Positions 1 through 10,360 of a DNA stretch of 64,000 bases are shown in pieces. The DNA comes from an uncultured Opitutales bacterium (GTDB lineage Bacteria > Verrucomicrobiota > Verrucomicrobiia > Opitutales > JAIRKQ01). The notes under the pieces are model-generated. The model did not search any database, was not told where the DNA came from, and saw nothing but the letters and a program-made list of their open reading frames with translations. Where the stretch lies: NCBI GenBank assembly GCA_964577805.1, contig CAZOAG010000004.1:67634-131633 (forward strand), read 5' to 3'. Position 1 is the stretch's first letter; every line of letters starts with the position of its first letter. The position numbers and the translations under genes are program-made.

Positions 1-1510
1 GATAAGCTATCTGAGGACGCCCAGCATCAGCTTCAACGTTAAATTCTCTAAACAAACGATCGCGAATAATATCCAAATGCAACTCACCCATTCCTGAAAT
101 GATCGTTTGGCCGGTTTCCTGATTGCTAGAAACACGAAATGTAGGATCTTCTTCAGCCAGCCTCTGCAAACCAATCGACAATTTCGCCTGATCAGCTTTC
201 GATTTCGGCTCTATTGACATACTAATAACCGGATCCGGGAACGTAGGAGGCTCTAATACTAAATCCAAATCCTTGTCACATAACGTATCACCTGTAACAA
301 CGCCCTTAAACCCAATGATAGCACAAATATCACCAGCATAAGCAACATCAATATCTTCGCGAGCATCCGCCTTCATTATCATCAAACGACTGACGCGCTC
401 AGAACGACGTGTACGAGGATTATAAACCATCTCGCCCTTCTTCAACTGACCTGCATACACACGACAGAATATCAACTTTCCAACATAAGGATCAGTCATC
501 AACTTAAACGCCAATGCTGTTACCTTAGCGTGATCATCTGGCTCAACGAACAATTCTTCGCCACTATCATCATCCTTGAATGCACGCATAGGAGGCAAAT
601 CAAGCGGACTCGGCAAATAATCCACAATGGCATCCAACAACATTTGAACACCTTTGTTTTTGAACGAAGATCCTGGTATAACACCTATAAACTTCAACGA
701 AAGCGTAGCATTACGAATCGCAACGCGCAATTCATCCTCAGAAATTTCCTGACCATCAAGATATTTTTCTGCAACTACATCATCGAAATCAGCCAAAGCT
801 TCGACTAATTCTTCGCGATACATTTTGGCGTCTTCAAGCATGTCTGCAGGAATATCAACCACATCATACGCCATCCCATTAACAGAGTCTTCGCGGTAAA
901 CATACGCACACATCTTAACGAGATCGACCAATCCTTTAAACTGCTCAGCAGATCCAATGTTCAAAAATAATGGATGCGCATTTCCGCCCAACTTTTCACG
1001 GATATCACTTACAGCGCCTAAAAAGTCAGCACCTGTACGATCCATTTTATTAATAAACGCAATGCGAGGGACATTGTATTTGTCCATTTGGCGCCATACA
1101 GTTTCAGATTGCGGCTGAACACCAGCAACTCCACAAAACACAGCAACAGCACCATCAAGCACACGCAACGAACGTTCAACCTCAGCAGTAAAATCAACGT
1201 GCCCTGGGGTATCGATCAAATTGATTCGATGGCGAATAGAAGCAAATGGCCCTTCTTTCGTCGTCCATCCACATGAAATCGCAGCAGAAGTAATCGTGAT
1301 ACCACGCTCGCGCTCCTGCTCCATCCAGTCAGTAACAGCCGTACCTTCGTGAACTTCGCCCATTTTATGAACAACACCAGTATAGAACAAAATACGTTCC
1401 GTTGTCGTTGTTTTTCCAGCATCAATATGTGCCGCTATTCCAATATTTCTTGTATACTCCAACGGCGTCTTACGATCCGCCGCATTTGCACTAGAAATTC
1501 CTTTTGTCAT
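1..1510 (-). CDS. fusA: Elongation factor G, N-terminal ~503 aa (3' end runs off the left window edge)
   Basis: Absent from the ORF track because no stop lies in-window. Manual minus-strand translation from the ATG at 1510..1508 gives [45 protein letters not shown]...[27 protein letters not shown]...[13 protein letters not shown] and stays open to base 1. G1 (AHIDAGKTT), G3 (DTPGH) and G4 (NKMD) motifs are present. It lies directly downstream of rpsL-rpsG. Confidence 0.95.
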   Translation of the reverse strand, partial: MTKGISSANAADRKTPLEYTRNIGIAAHIDAGKTTTTERILFYTGVVHKMGEVHEGTAVTDWMEQERERGITITSAAISCGWTTKEGPFASIRHRINLIDTPGHVDFTAEVERSLRVLDGAVAVFCGVAGVQPQSETVWRQMDKYNVPRIAFINKMDRTGADFLGAVSDIREKLGGNAHPLFLNIGSAEQFKGLVDLVKMCAYVYREDSVNGMAYDVVDIPADMLEDAKMYREELVEALADFDDVVAEKYLDGQEISEDELRVAIRNATLSLKFIGVIPGSSFKNKGVQMLLDAIVDYLPSPLDLPPMRAFKDDDSGEELFVEPDDHAKVTALAFKLMTDPYVGKLIFCRVYAGQLKKGEMVYNPRTRRSERVSRLMIMKADAREDIDVAYAGDICAIIGFKGVVTGDTLCDKDLDLVLEPPTFPDPVISMSIEPKSKADQAKLSIGLQRLAEEDPTFRVSSNQETGQTIISGMGELHLDIIRDRLFREFNVEADAGRPQIAY

Positions 1511-1536
1511 CGCTACACGCTCCTACCATATCAATG

Positions 1537-2010
1537 TTACCAACGCAAATGAGCAAACGCACGATTCGCTTGTGCCATGCGCTGAACATCATCCTTCTTC
1601 TTTACCACAGACCCTGTATTATTGTACGCATCAACTATTTCTTGGGCCAATGCTTCGCGCATAGGAACACCTTTTCTAGAACAAGCACACTCAATCATCC
1701 AACGAAAAGCAAGTGCATGCTGGCGCTCATATGGAATCTCAACAGGAACCTGATATGTCGCACCGCCAACACGTCGGCTCTTTACCTCAACCTTTGGACG
1801 TGCATTTTCTAGAGCACCCAATAACAAGTCAATAGGATCTCCCTTGCCCAATTTTTCACTAACACGCTCAACAGCACCATAAACAATCGAACGCGCCAAA
1901 TTCTTTTTTCCACGCTGCATAACCATGTTAATCAATTGAGAAATCAACACACTGCCGTAACGAGGATCTTTAGCAACAAGACGTTTTTCTGCTCTTCTTC
2001 TACGCGACAT
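1537..2010 (-). CDS. rpsG: 30S ribosomal protein S7
   Basis: 157-aa ORF MSRRRRAEKR...KDPRYGS...ANRAFAHLRW, a typical S7 sequence. Lies between rpsL and fusA. Confidence 0.97.
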   Translation of the reverse strand: MSRRRRAEKRLVAKDPRYGSVLISQLINMVMQRGKKNLARSIVYGAVERVSEKLGKGDPIDLLLGALENARPKVEVKSRRVGGATYQVPVEIPYERQHALAFRWMIECACSRKGVPMREALAQEIVDAYNNTGSVVKKKDDVQRMAQANRAFAHLRW

Positions 2011-2029
2011 CTTTTATTCCCTTATTAAA

Positions 2030-2407
2030 TTATTTCTGTTTAGGACGTTTTACTCCGTACTTCGAACGACTTCTGCGACGATTTTCAACACCAGAACAGT
2101 CCAATGCACCACGAACAACGTGATAACGAACACCAGGCAAGTCCTTTACACGACCCCCACGAACCAACACAACACTATGCTCTTGAAGCTTATGACCCTC
2201 ATCAGGAATATAAGCAATAACCTCAGCACCATTCGTCAAACGAACCTTTGTTACTTTACGAATAGCAGAATTAGGTTTTTTTGGCGTACGAGTCATTACC
2301 TGAACACACGTTCCGCGCTTAAATGGATTGGCATCCAACGATGGAGCCTTAGACTTTACCGCCTTATCTGTACGAGGCCTTTTTATCAACTGATTAATTG
2401 TCGGCAT
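2030..2407 (-). CDS. rpsL: 30S ribosomal protein S12
   Basis: 125-aa [15 protein letters not shown]...[12 protein letters not shown]...[20 protein letters not shown], canonical S12. Confidence 0.97.
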   Translation of the reverse strand: MPTINQLIKRPRTDKAVKSKAPSLDANPFKRGTCVQVMTRTPKKPNSAIRKVTKVRLTNGAEVIAYIPDEGHKLQEHSVVLVRGGRVKDLPGVRYHVVRGALDCSGVENRRRSRSKYGVKRPKQK

Positions 2408-2695
2408 TGAAACACCCTTGCTTATTTGATCTTAAATTCCATGTGAGTAGAAATAAAACTACGCCACAAATCAAGTATTTTTTCTGAAAATTCTCATTGT
2501 TAAACGACTTCAGCATGACACCGAACACAAAGCATACGACACAAAAACGCACATCGCATCACTACTCAACAAAGCCACTTCTTATCTACACACTTTCCAT
2601 TAAAAAAACAAAGCATGGCCGGCAATACCATGACTGCGGCAACCGACCATATTAAACCAAATCAAACAATATTCAACCAGTCACAATTTTGTGCG

Positions 2696-3601
2696 TTACC
2701 GCATGTTACCGGTAATGGCACGTTTTGCATCATTAAAAGCACTAATTATAGTCTGCATAATGCTAACGAAAACACTGTATGATTGAGAGAGCATTGAAAA
2801 CTTGTTTTGGTCAACTGAAATCTCTGTCGAAATACGATTCTGCTCGTCTCTCATCGACTGAACTTCTGCCTTCATTTTGTCCGCTTCAAGTTTTTTGCCA
2901 GCAGCACGCAATTGCGGAGCCCCTGTCAACCACTCCAAAGCGACATGCTGCACAGAGCCAGTGTTTTGCACATCCTGATCGAGAACAGCACCAATCACTC
3001 CCCCAATAGCTCCAACAACGCCAGCAACAGCACCAAGCGGACCAACAGCAGCCAAAACAGCAGCTCCAAAACCAAGAACCTTCAACGCCTTTCCAACGCT
3101 AGCAATTGCTTGCGCATATGATTTATTCATGTTAGCCTTGTATTCTAATTTCGAAACTTCCTCGTCCAATTCAGCAGCCTCTTTACTTTCCTTTTCAATC
3201 TTATCAGAAAGCACGGCCTGTCGTTCATTTTTTTCAACAATTTCTCGCAAGCACTCATTCATGCCATCCTTTTTGCCTTGAACACGAGAATATGTCATAT
3301 TAAGCGAATCATTGTCTTCAAAAAGATCACCTGCATCATATGATTTTGCTTGCGGCAGTTCCAATGACATTTTAGCAGGCGCTATAACAAGCGCGCCCTT
3401 ATTCCTGTCATATACCTCATCATTGCGTTCTTTGTAAGTAATATCAGAAATACCTTGTGGTTTTTGATAAACAACATCAGTGGTTTTTGGTGGAATAACC
3501 GTACCATTTGCGCTTAATTTGTACCCAAATCCCATGTCTTCTATACGACCAGCTTCCAAATCCATGATTAGACGCATAGCACAGCACATATCAAATGTCA
3601 A
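2696..3601 (-). CDS. Coiled-coil protein with a central glycine-zipper hydrophobic hairpin; candidate T3SS translocator (YopD/PopD/SctB-like)
   Basis: 301-aa ORF with a TTG at 3601 and several in-frame ATGs just downstream, so the start is uncertain. A ~40-aa G/A/V-rich bilobed hydrophobic segment (LGFGAAVLAAVGPLGAVAGVVGAIGGVIGAVL) is flanked by charged coiled-coil stretches. The C-terminal amphipathic end is SIMQTIISAFNDAKRAITGNMR. Length and layout resemble my recollection of PopD/YopD. No chaperone or partner gene is adjacent. Confidence 0.45.
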   Translation of the reverse strand: MTFDMCCAMRLIMDLEAGRIEDMGFGYKLSANGTVIPPKTTDVVYQKPQGISDITYKERNDEVYDRNKGALVIAPAKMSLELPQAKSYDAGDLFEDNDSLNMTYSRVQGKKDGMNECLREIVEKNERQAVLSDKIEKESKEAAELDEEVSKLEYKANMNKSYAQAIASVGKALKVLGFGAAVLAAVGPLGAVAGVVGAIGGVIGAVLDQDVQNTGSVQHVALEWLTGAPQLRAAGKKLEADKMKAEVQSMRDEQNRISTEISVDQNKFSMLSQSYSVFVSIMQTIISAFNDAKRAITGNMR

Positions 3602-3677
3602 CCAAAACTTTCAATGGAAATTTTTGGCAGTAAAAATTGACTTGCCGAACGACCAAAAATCTAACTATTTTCGCCAC

Positions 3678-5447
3678 ATGTCCGAACCTAAAATCCAAAA
3701 ACTCCACAAAGACGTCGTCAACAAAATTGCTGCTGGCGAAATTGTTGAACGACCAGCTGCTATTGTCAAAGAACTAATCGAAAACAGTATAGATGCAAAA
3801 GCAACTACCATAAATGTCTCATTTCAAAAAGGCGGAAAATTCAGTATAGTAATAGAAGATAACGGCATCGGAATGTCGCGCGAAAATGCAATTTTATCAC
3901 TAGAACGTCATGCCACCAGCAAATTCACTACAATCGATGACTTCGACACATTATCAACATTTGGATTTCGTGGAGAAGCATTGCCATCAATAGCCAGCGT
4001 CTCACAATTTTCAATAACGACGCGAACACGAAATTGCGATGTCGGACATACGTTAGTAGTGCAAGACGGAAATATTGTATCAGAACAAACATGCCAATGT
4101 CCGCATGGAACCAAAATCGAAGTAAAAAACTTATTTTATAATGTACCAGCACGCAGAAAATTTCTTAAATCCGATACAACAGAAACATCACACATAATAA
4201 GTATCGTCAAACAATTCGCACTAACAGAGCCAAATATTATATTCAACATAATCAATAACGGCAATCATATTTTTCAATCGCCAGGACAAGGATCACTGTC
4301 TGATCGATTCAATAAAATTTTTGGATACAATGAAAAATTTATACCATTTCATCATGACGGTGAAAAATACAAAATTCACGGAATAATATGTTCACCAGAT
4401 TTTGGAGAATTTTGCAGAAAAAATATTTTAACATATGTCAACCAACGAATAGTCAAAAGCGACATAATATCATCTAGCATTTGCGATGCAACAAAAGGAC
4501 TATATCCACACCATCGAGAAATATTAGCATGCATATTCGTCGAAACAGATGCATCGTTGCTTGACATAAACGTACATCCAATGAAACGCGAAGTAAGATT
4601 TAAAGATGAAATATCTTTGCGGCAAACAACCACTATCGCGATTCAATCTGCACTAGATCAAACACAAAACAAATCATCATTGCATCAGCACGACACACAA
4701 TCATTAAACACTAACCAACGTTGCATAACATTATGTCATCCGAAACCAGAGATCCATATCAATTACCAAAACCTGCAACCAAAGCCAAATATAGCACAAA
4801 AAGAAGTCAGACAGCAACCAATACAACCACAACAAGTGAACAGCAGATTATATCAGCAATCATCATTAAAAATACACGAACAAGAATCATCAACATGGCG
4901 ATGGATAGGACATGCCTACGACAACATTTATCTTTTTGAAAGCACAACAGGCATCGTTTTTTTTAATGCAAAATCAGCATTATCACGCATAACATATGAA
5001 GAAATCATGTCAGACGAATATCAAGCATCGCAACAACAGTTGTTACTACCAATCAATATAAAAATCGCCGCACATGAAACCGAACAATTCGAACAAATAC
5101 TGCCAGTCCTAAACAATATAGGGTTTTCAATATATCTATGCGGACAATGTGAATACAAAATCAGCGCAACGCCATCTTGGACAAATTATCAAGACATACC
5201 GTTAATAATAACACAGCTCACAGAAGGCATGAACCAAAATACCAACAAAAAACCATGCAACATGAAAACTTTTTGTGCACGCATCCTATCAAACAACGTC
5301 AATACAAGCATTGATACACAAAATTTATCAACAACCATTCAATCAATTTGCGACAAATTATTGCAATGTCAAAATCCACTGATATCGCCAAATGGCAATG
5401 CTATATATTTTGAAGTACGAAAGTATGATATTCAAAAAAGGATATAA
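3678..5447 (+). CDS. mutL: DNA mismatch repair protein MutL (ATPase domain intact, endonuclease motifs absent)
   Basis: The ORF track starts at 3480, but that extension overlaps the divergent gene. The ATG at 3678 gives MSEPKIQKLHKDVVNKIAAGEIVERPAAIVKELIENSIDA..DNGIGM..TFGFRGEAL (GHKL ATPase motifs). At the expected DQHAxxExxxxE and CPHGRP positions the C-terminal domain reads NAKSALSRITYE and SPNGNA. Confidence 0.9.
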   Translation: MSEPKIQKLHKDVVNKIAAGEIVERPAAIVKELIENSIDAKATTINVSFQKGGKFSIVIEDNGIGMSRENAILSLERHATSKFTTIDDFDTLSTFGFRGEALPSIASVSQFSITTRTRNCDVGHTLVVQDGNIVSEQTCQCPHGTKIEVKNLFYNVPARRKFLKSDTTETSHIISIVKQFALTEPNIIFNIINNGNHIFQSPGQGSLSDRFNKIFGYNEKFIPFHHDGEKYKIHGIICSPDFGEFCRKNILTYVNQRIVKSDIISSSICDATKGLYPHHREILACIFVETDASLLDINVHPMKREVRFKDEISLRQTTTIAIQSALDQTQNKSSLHQHDTQSLNTNQRCITLCHPKPEIHINYQNLQPKPNIAQKEVRQQPIQPQQVNSRLYQQSSLKIHEQESSTWRWIGHAYDNIYLFESTTGIVFFNAKSALSRITYEEIMSDEYQASQQQLLLPINIKIAAHETEQFEQILPVLNNIGFSIYLCGQCEYKISATPSWTNYQDIPLIITQLTEGMNQNTNKKPCNMKTFCARILSNNVNTSIDTQNLSTTIQSICDKLLQCQNPLISPNGNAIYFEVRKYDIQKRI

Positions 5448-5659
5448 CTTTCAAACATCTAATATTGTGTCAGTTTTAATATACACCCAACACATATACA
5501 TAGCTTCTCAAATAAAACCTTTTAAGCAGTCAAGAATGGCGCAAAGACAAATCTTTTTGTGGTGCGCCTAATAATCAAACAAAACATTTACCATTTTTCT
5601 TGTTTTACGACAAACAAGAATTAGAAGGCGAGCGATTAATCAAATTGATAGGAGAAAAA

Positions 5660-6502
5660 ATGAACAGATCAAACAGAATCGGATCGCAAAACAACCACCA
5701 CAGAACGGAAACGACAGATCGCGATACCAACAACCAATTGTCAACACCAAGCAACCTTTTGGTAAAAAAAAGCCACATTACCTCGCCTAAAACAATGCGA
5801 CCAACACGACGCAGCATGAGAAGACCAATCCCAAGTAAACAATTAAGCGAACGCTCTGCAAGCTCTTCAAACAACACGCAACATAACCAACAAAAAGATA
5901 TACAATCAACAAAAACACACAGCAACAACGAAGAGAAGCAAATTACAACGGATGAAAAACAATGGTATAACAATAATTCAATTGTGACATTGTTCAATAA
6001 AAATGGCACACCCTACTCGTTTCTATTAACAAGGTTAAATGATGCCAAAGACAATGCACAGCAGTCAACCAATGACCAAACAAACTTACTTATCGATCAA
6101 TCGAATAACGAAGAAACCCAATCAGAAGAGAGTCAGGTTCAAACTAACGAAAATAGCGTCATTGAACAAATGGCAACATCAACAACAATCACACATTGCG
6201 AAAATAATGCTGAAGCAGAAGACCACACGCAACTTGAACCAAATCAGCCAAGCCAACATGAAACAGAAACAAACACTGATAATGATGAACAAGCCATTCG
6301 TACTACCGCAGACCAACAACCAAACCAATTGCGTCGTATTACTCGTGGCATAATAAGCACGGCAAGACAACATCCTATAGCTGTTGTGACAGGAATATGT
6401 GCATTAACCGTAGGGATTTGTGCAGGGGCGTTTGGAATTGAACCAGCTGTAGCATTTGCAAGCAATCAACTACAAAGAATACTATCACTGTTTCCTGCGT
6501 AA
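5660..6502 (+). CDS. Hypothetical low-complexity (N/Q/T/S/E-rich) protein with a C-terminal hydrophobic hairpin
   Basis: The ATG at 5660 is preceded by AGGAGA at 5650-5655 (the ORF track uses an upstream TTG at 5600). About 230 aa of polar, apparently disordered sequence is followed by HPIAVVTGICALTVGICAGAFGIEPAVAFASNQL. I recognise no family. Confidence 0.6.
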   Translation: MNRSNRIGSQNNHHRTETTDRDTNNQLSTPSNLLVKKSHITSPKTMRPTRRSMRRPIPSKQLSERSASSSNNTQHNQQKDIQSTKTHSNNEEKQITTDEKQWYNNNSIVTLFNKNGTPYSFLLTRLNDAKDNAQQSTNDQTNLLIDQSNNEETQSEESQVQTNENSVIEQMATSTTITHCENNAEAEDHTQLEPNQPSQHETETNTDNDEQAIRTTADQQPNQLRRITRGIISTARQHPIAVVTGICALTVGICAGAFGIEPAVAFASNQLQRILSLFPA

Positions 6503-6676
6503 TTAACAGAACAATATACAGGTACACACAACGCTAAGCCCTCAAACCGCACATCTTAATGGTAAAACGTCAAAAATGTGCTTTATATCAAAGCCATACC
6601 TCGACAGCCAGCTGCATTCAGCAAAAATACATAAAACCAAAATTCACCATTTACAGATACGAAAATTTTCACCAGC

Positions 6677-7393
6677 ATGACGGTCATGCGTATTGGTGGA
6701 TTGCAAAAGTTATCTCTTATCGATTTTCCAGGGAAAATTTCTGCTGTAATATTTACACAAGGATGCAATTTTAGATGTCAGTTTTGCCATAATGCCTCAT
6801 TAGTAATTCCAGAACAATTTAATAATCCATATTCAGAAAATAATATTTTTGAATTTTTGAAAAAACGGCATGGTCAAATCGATGGTATTGTAATTTCTGG
6901 CGGAGAACCAACAATACATCAAGATCTAAAAACATTTATAGAACAAATCAAGAATATCGGATATTCTATAAAGCTTGACACAAATGGGACAAGCCCAAAT
7001 GTTCTGCATGACCTCTATAGTTGCAATTTATTGGATTATGTTGCTATGGACATAAAACATGCATTCTCAAAATATGATGAAATTATAGGGACAAAAATAA
7101 ATATAGAGAATGTTAAATCTTCTATAAAGATCATACAAAGCAGCAATGTTCCATACGAATTTAGAACAACAGTAGTCCCTGCATTTCATAACGAACAGGA
7201 CATTATAACGATTGCACAACAAATATCTGGTGCCAATCGTCTGGCATTACAAGAATTTGTACCAGATCACGCAATCGTACAACCTCTAACAAATACGAAT
7301 TCATTGTTTGCACCAGAAAATCAAGAAAAATTAAACAATATCATCGAACAATGTAAACAGTACGTCGATGAAATTATCGTACGGCGATCATAA
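6677..7393 (+). CDS. Radical-SAM activating enzyme (anaerobic ribonucleotide reductase / glycyl-radical activase family)
   Basis: 238-aa ORF. FTQGCNFRCQFCHN matches the CxxxCxxC radical-SAM cluster motif, followed by GIVISGGEPT and KLDTNG. No nrdD- or pfl-like partner is in the window. Confidence 0.75.
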   Translation: MTVMRIGGLQKLSLIDFPGKISAVIFTQGCNFRCQFCHNASLVIPEQFNNPYSENNIFEFLKKRHGQIDGIVISGGEPTIHQDLKTFIEQIKNIGYSIKLDTNGTSPNVLHDLYSCNLLDYVAMDIKHAFSKYDEIIGTKINIENVKSSIKIIQSSNVPYEFRTTVVPAFHNEQDIITIAQQISGANRLALQEFVPDHAIVQPLTNTNSLFAPENQEKLNNIIEQCKQYVDEIIVRRS

Positions 7394-7535
7394 AACTCAA
7401 AATTTCAAGACGAACAGCATTATGTAAATAATTCACAAGTCTAATATTTTCCAAGAACAGAAATCAACGCAACAGATATAATCAACAACTTTGATATTGA
7501 TTTTTCTATAAAAAAGCAGAACATCGCTCGCACTT

Positions 7536-8090
7536 ATGAATAAAATTCTGAAATACTGCTCAATTGGAATATTAGGATGTACATTGGTCAGCACATCTAA
7601 CGTATTTGCAGCACAAAAAATTGTCTCTGTAGACCTACAAAAAGTCTTCGAACAATATGAAGCAGCACAAACAGCACAAGCAGCCTATAATGCTGATTTC
7701 GAAGCTACAGGACAAGAATTCCGTGGGATGTATGACGAAGGAATAAAATTACAAGAAGAAATCAATGCATTGCATGAAAAAGCAGACAATGAAGCACTTT
7801 TGGAATCTGCTAGAGAAAAATATCGCAATGAAGCGGAAGAAAAAATAGAACAATTGCGCGCAAAAGAAACAGAATTTATTCAAATGCGCCAAGAGGCTAA
7901 TAAAAAGTTTGCCGAACGCAGAAATAAAGAACTCTTAGAACAAGAAGAGGCAATTAAAGAAGCAACCGCAGTGGTAGCAAAAGCACAAAAAGCAGATATA
8001 GTATTAAACAAGGTTCCTGGAACATTGTACATAAAAGATGACCTCGACATTACAGATCTTGTAGTCAAACAATTAAACAGCAAAAAATAA
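7536..8090 (+). CDS. skp: Periplasmic chaperone Skp/OmpH family
   Basis: 184-aa ORF with a signal peptide (MNKILKYCSIGILGCTLVSTSNVFAAQ), then VDLQKVFEQY and long charged helices typical of OmpH/Skp. Confidence 0.8.
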   Translation: MNKILKYCSIGILGCTLVSTSNVFAAQKIVSVDLQKVFEQYEAAQTAQAAYNADFEATGQEFRGMYDEGIKLQEEINALHEKADNEALLESAREKYRNEAEEKIEQLRAKETEFIQMRQEANKKFAERRNKELLEQEEAIKEATAVVAKAQKADIVLNKVPGTLYIKDDLDITDLVVKQLNSKK

Positions 8091-8118
8091 TAAGTTTCCT
8101 ATTTAAAATATTAACTCA

Positions 8119-8150
8119 AGCACCATTCACAAAAATGGTGCTTTTTCTTT
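8119..8150 (+). terminator. Intrinsic terminator after skp
   Basis: 9-bp stem AGCACCATT/AATGGTGCT (8119-8127 / 8134-8142), 6-nt loop, then TTTTTCTTT. Confidence 0.75.
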
Positions 8151-8212
8151 CCAATGCATGGAAACAATTTTATTCTTGCAAATCAACATGATTTAATATT
8201 TGTTTCGGTCAA

Positions 8213-8419
8213 ATGGAAGAAATCGTAACAATTGAATCTGTTTCAATCAAGGATATATCTCCTCTTGAACTAAAGTATACAGATGTTGAGAAGTTATCGT
8301 TATTCGTGACAGAAACAGGCAAAATTTTATCAAGAAAGTTCACCGAATTGACAGCACATCAACAGCGCCACATCACAAAAATGATCAAACGTGCGCGCAA
8401 TATGTTATTAATGAAATAA
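8213..8419 (+). CDS. rpsR: 30S ribosomal protein S18
   Basis: 68-aa [51 protein letters not shown] matches the S18 core (..ISERGKILPRR.TG...K.QR.L..AIKRAR..AL.). It is not next to rpsF or rplI. Confidence 0.85.
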   Translation: MEEIVTIESVSIKDISPLELKYTDVEKLSLFVTETGKILSRKFTELTAHQQRHITKMIKRARNMLLMK

Positions 8420-8427
8420 GTGACACG

Positions 8428-9432
8428 ATGGTCACAAATCATACACTGCAAGGTGTCATCAATCGTTTACGAAAAGGTGGCGTCGTTGTTTTGCCAACAG
8501 AAACAGTGTATGGACTTGCGGCGAATGCATTAAGTGAAGATGCTGTGCGGTCAATTTTTTCAATAAAAGAACGGCCGCTCAATGATCCGTTGATTGTTCA
8601 TGTCCTAGATGCTACGTGGATAGATCGTTATGCAGTATGTGATGAATATTACGATCGTGTCAAAAAGGTAACATCTCATTTTTGGCCAGGCCCGTTGACT
8701 ATAATACTACCAAAACGAGACGTAATACCAGATATAGTATCAGCTGGTCACAGCACAATAGCGTTACGATGTCCTGAACATCCAATATTTCGTGAGATTC
8801 TGCAGAGTTTACAATTGCCACTAGCCGCACCAAGTGCCAATCCATTTGGATATATTAGCCCAACAACGGCAGATCAAGTACGCAGTACATTGGGCGACAA
8901 AGTAGATTTAATCGTTGATGGAGGAAATTGCCGCGTAGGGCTAGAATCTACCATCATTGACATCACTTCACACATTCCAAAAATTTTACGACCAGGGGCA
9001 GTAACAGCGGCAGAAATCGCACGTGTCATCAATGAACCAGTAATGGATTACAAACAGCACATTGTTGCACTCAATCCGTCATGCCCAGGACAATTAAAGC
9101 AACATTATTGCACAAACACAAAATTAATATTATTTACTCACGCAACGTTGCCACAACCAAATAATAACGCACATTGCGCATATATTTTTAATCAGAAACC
9201 GATCAATATTGAAGAACTAGCGAACACATTAAGTACCACAATAGGATCAATATTCTGGCTAAGTGAAGATGGCAATCACAAGGCGATTGCGCACAACCTA
9301 TTCAAAACATTGCAAACACTCGACAATGCCAATTACGATATAATATACTGCGAACGAACGCTGCGCAACGACATTGGAACAGCAATCGATGATAGATTAT
9401 TGCGTGCAGCAGCAAAATTCAATAATCAATAA
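8428..9432 (+). CDS. tsaC: L-threonylcarbamoyladenylate synthase (Sua5/TsaC with C-terminal Sua5 domain)
   Basis: 334-aa ORF with GGVVVLPTETVYGLAANA, KERPLNDPLIVHV and LAAPSANPFGYISPTTA, the YrdC/Sua5 signature blocks. Confidence 0.88.
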   Translation: MVTNHTLQGVINRLRKGGVVVLPTETVYGLAANALSEDAVRSIFSIKERPLNDPLIVHVLDATWIDRYAVCDEYYDRVKKVTSHFWPGPLTIILPKRDVIPDIVSAGHSTIALRCPEHPIFREILQSLQLPLAAPSANPFGYISPTTADQVRSTLGDKVDLIVDGGNCRVGLESTIIDITSHIPKILRPGAVTAAEIARVINEPVMDYKQHIVALNPSCPGQLKQHYCTNTKLILFTHATLPQPNNNAHCAYIFNQKPINIEELANTLSTTIGSIFWLSEDGNHKAIAHNLFKTLQTLDNANYDIIYCERTLRNDIGTAIDDRLLRAAAKFNNQ

Positions 9433-9577
9433 AGCAGGAACTTTATCTAACAATCTGACACAAGCCATCAAATCCACAATCTGCAATGACACAACAACGA
9501 CGCACCTTTACAAATCATTGCAGACTGAACAGACTAATGCAGAGAGACAAAAACCTAAGCAATCCAAACACCAATAC

Positions 9578-10360
9578 TTATAACATGACATCGAAAGCAT
9601 CAGCATATTCTCGTCGTGTCATTTCAGGAACATTATCTTTTGTAGTATAAATATACCCTATTCCATGTAATGTACGCAATGCACTGGCATCACACCCATT
9701 GTCTATCAACAATTGCCTGATTTTTACAATGTATTGATCTAGTGATCGACTCTTAACATTGGCATACTTTCCCCATATACTGTGGACTAAATTCCTTCTG
9801 CTAAGAATCATGTTCTTATGAGTTGATAAATGTTTCAACACGCCCAATTCTTTTCTCCCGATAGCAACAGTATTTCCATTTTCGAAAACTATTTGCATCG
9901 TAGCTGGTTTTACTACAGCACCACAGAAAAGAAAGTCCTCATTACAAGAATCTATATTGCACCACAGACCATCACACGATTTTCCGTAAACATGTCGCAA
10001 TGCTACCTTTATACGCGCAATCAATTCAGTAAAACTAAATGGCTTCGTAATAAAATCATCAGCACCAGAATCGAACCCTTTGATTTTATAATATTCATCG
10101 GAAAATGCTGTCAGAAAAATCACAGGGATTTCTATACGCGACTCTTGCAACTGTTGCAAAACCTCGAACCCATCAATATCTGGCAAACTAATATCCAATA
10201 ACAGAATGTTCGCCGGCTCTGTTTTTAGGAACTGAACAACATCAGCACCCTTATCAAACACTCGAACATCCATATTCGACAATTTTAGTTGTTTCTGCAG
10301 AATCTCGGCCAACCGAACATCATCTTCTGCCAATACTACTAGGGGAATATTATTATGCAT
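9578..10360 (-). CDS. OmpR-family response regulator (receiver plus winged-helix)
   Basis: The receiver has VLAEDD...LLLDISLPDIDG...IFLTA...K (phospho-acceptor Asp present). The C-terminal winged-helix has LTRKELGVL-like and RTLHGIGY. The ATG at 10360 (MHNNIPLVVLAEDD) is preferred over the track start at 10423. No kinase is adjacent. Confidence 0.85.
   Translation of the reverse strand: MHNNIPLVVLAEDDVRLAEILQKQLKLSNMDVRVFDKGADVVQFLKTEPANILLLDISLPDIDGFEVLQQLQESRIEIPVIFLTAFSDEYYKIKGFDSGADDFITKPFSFTELIARIKVALRHVYGKSCDGLWCNIDSCNEDFLFCGAVVKPATMQIVFENGNTVAIGRKELGVLKHLSTHKNMILSRRNLVHSIWGKYANVKSRSLDQYIVKIRQLLIDNGCDASALRTLHGIGYIYTTKDNVPEMTRREYADAFDVML

Noticed and set aside
2610..2645. Possible minus-strand terminator after the translocator-like gene (CATGG...CCATG followed by a T-run on the minus strand).
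   Set aside because: The stem is only 5 bp with a large loop, which is too weak to call.
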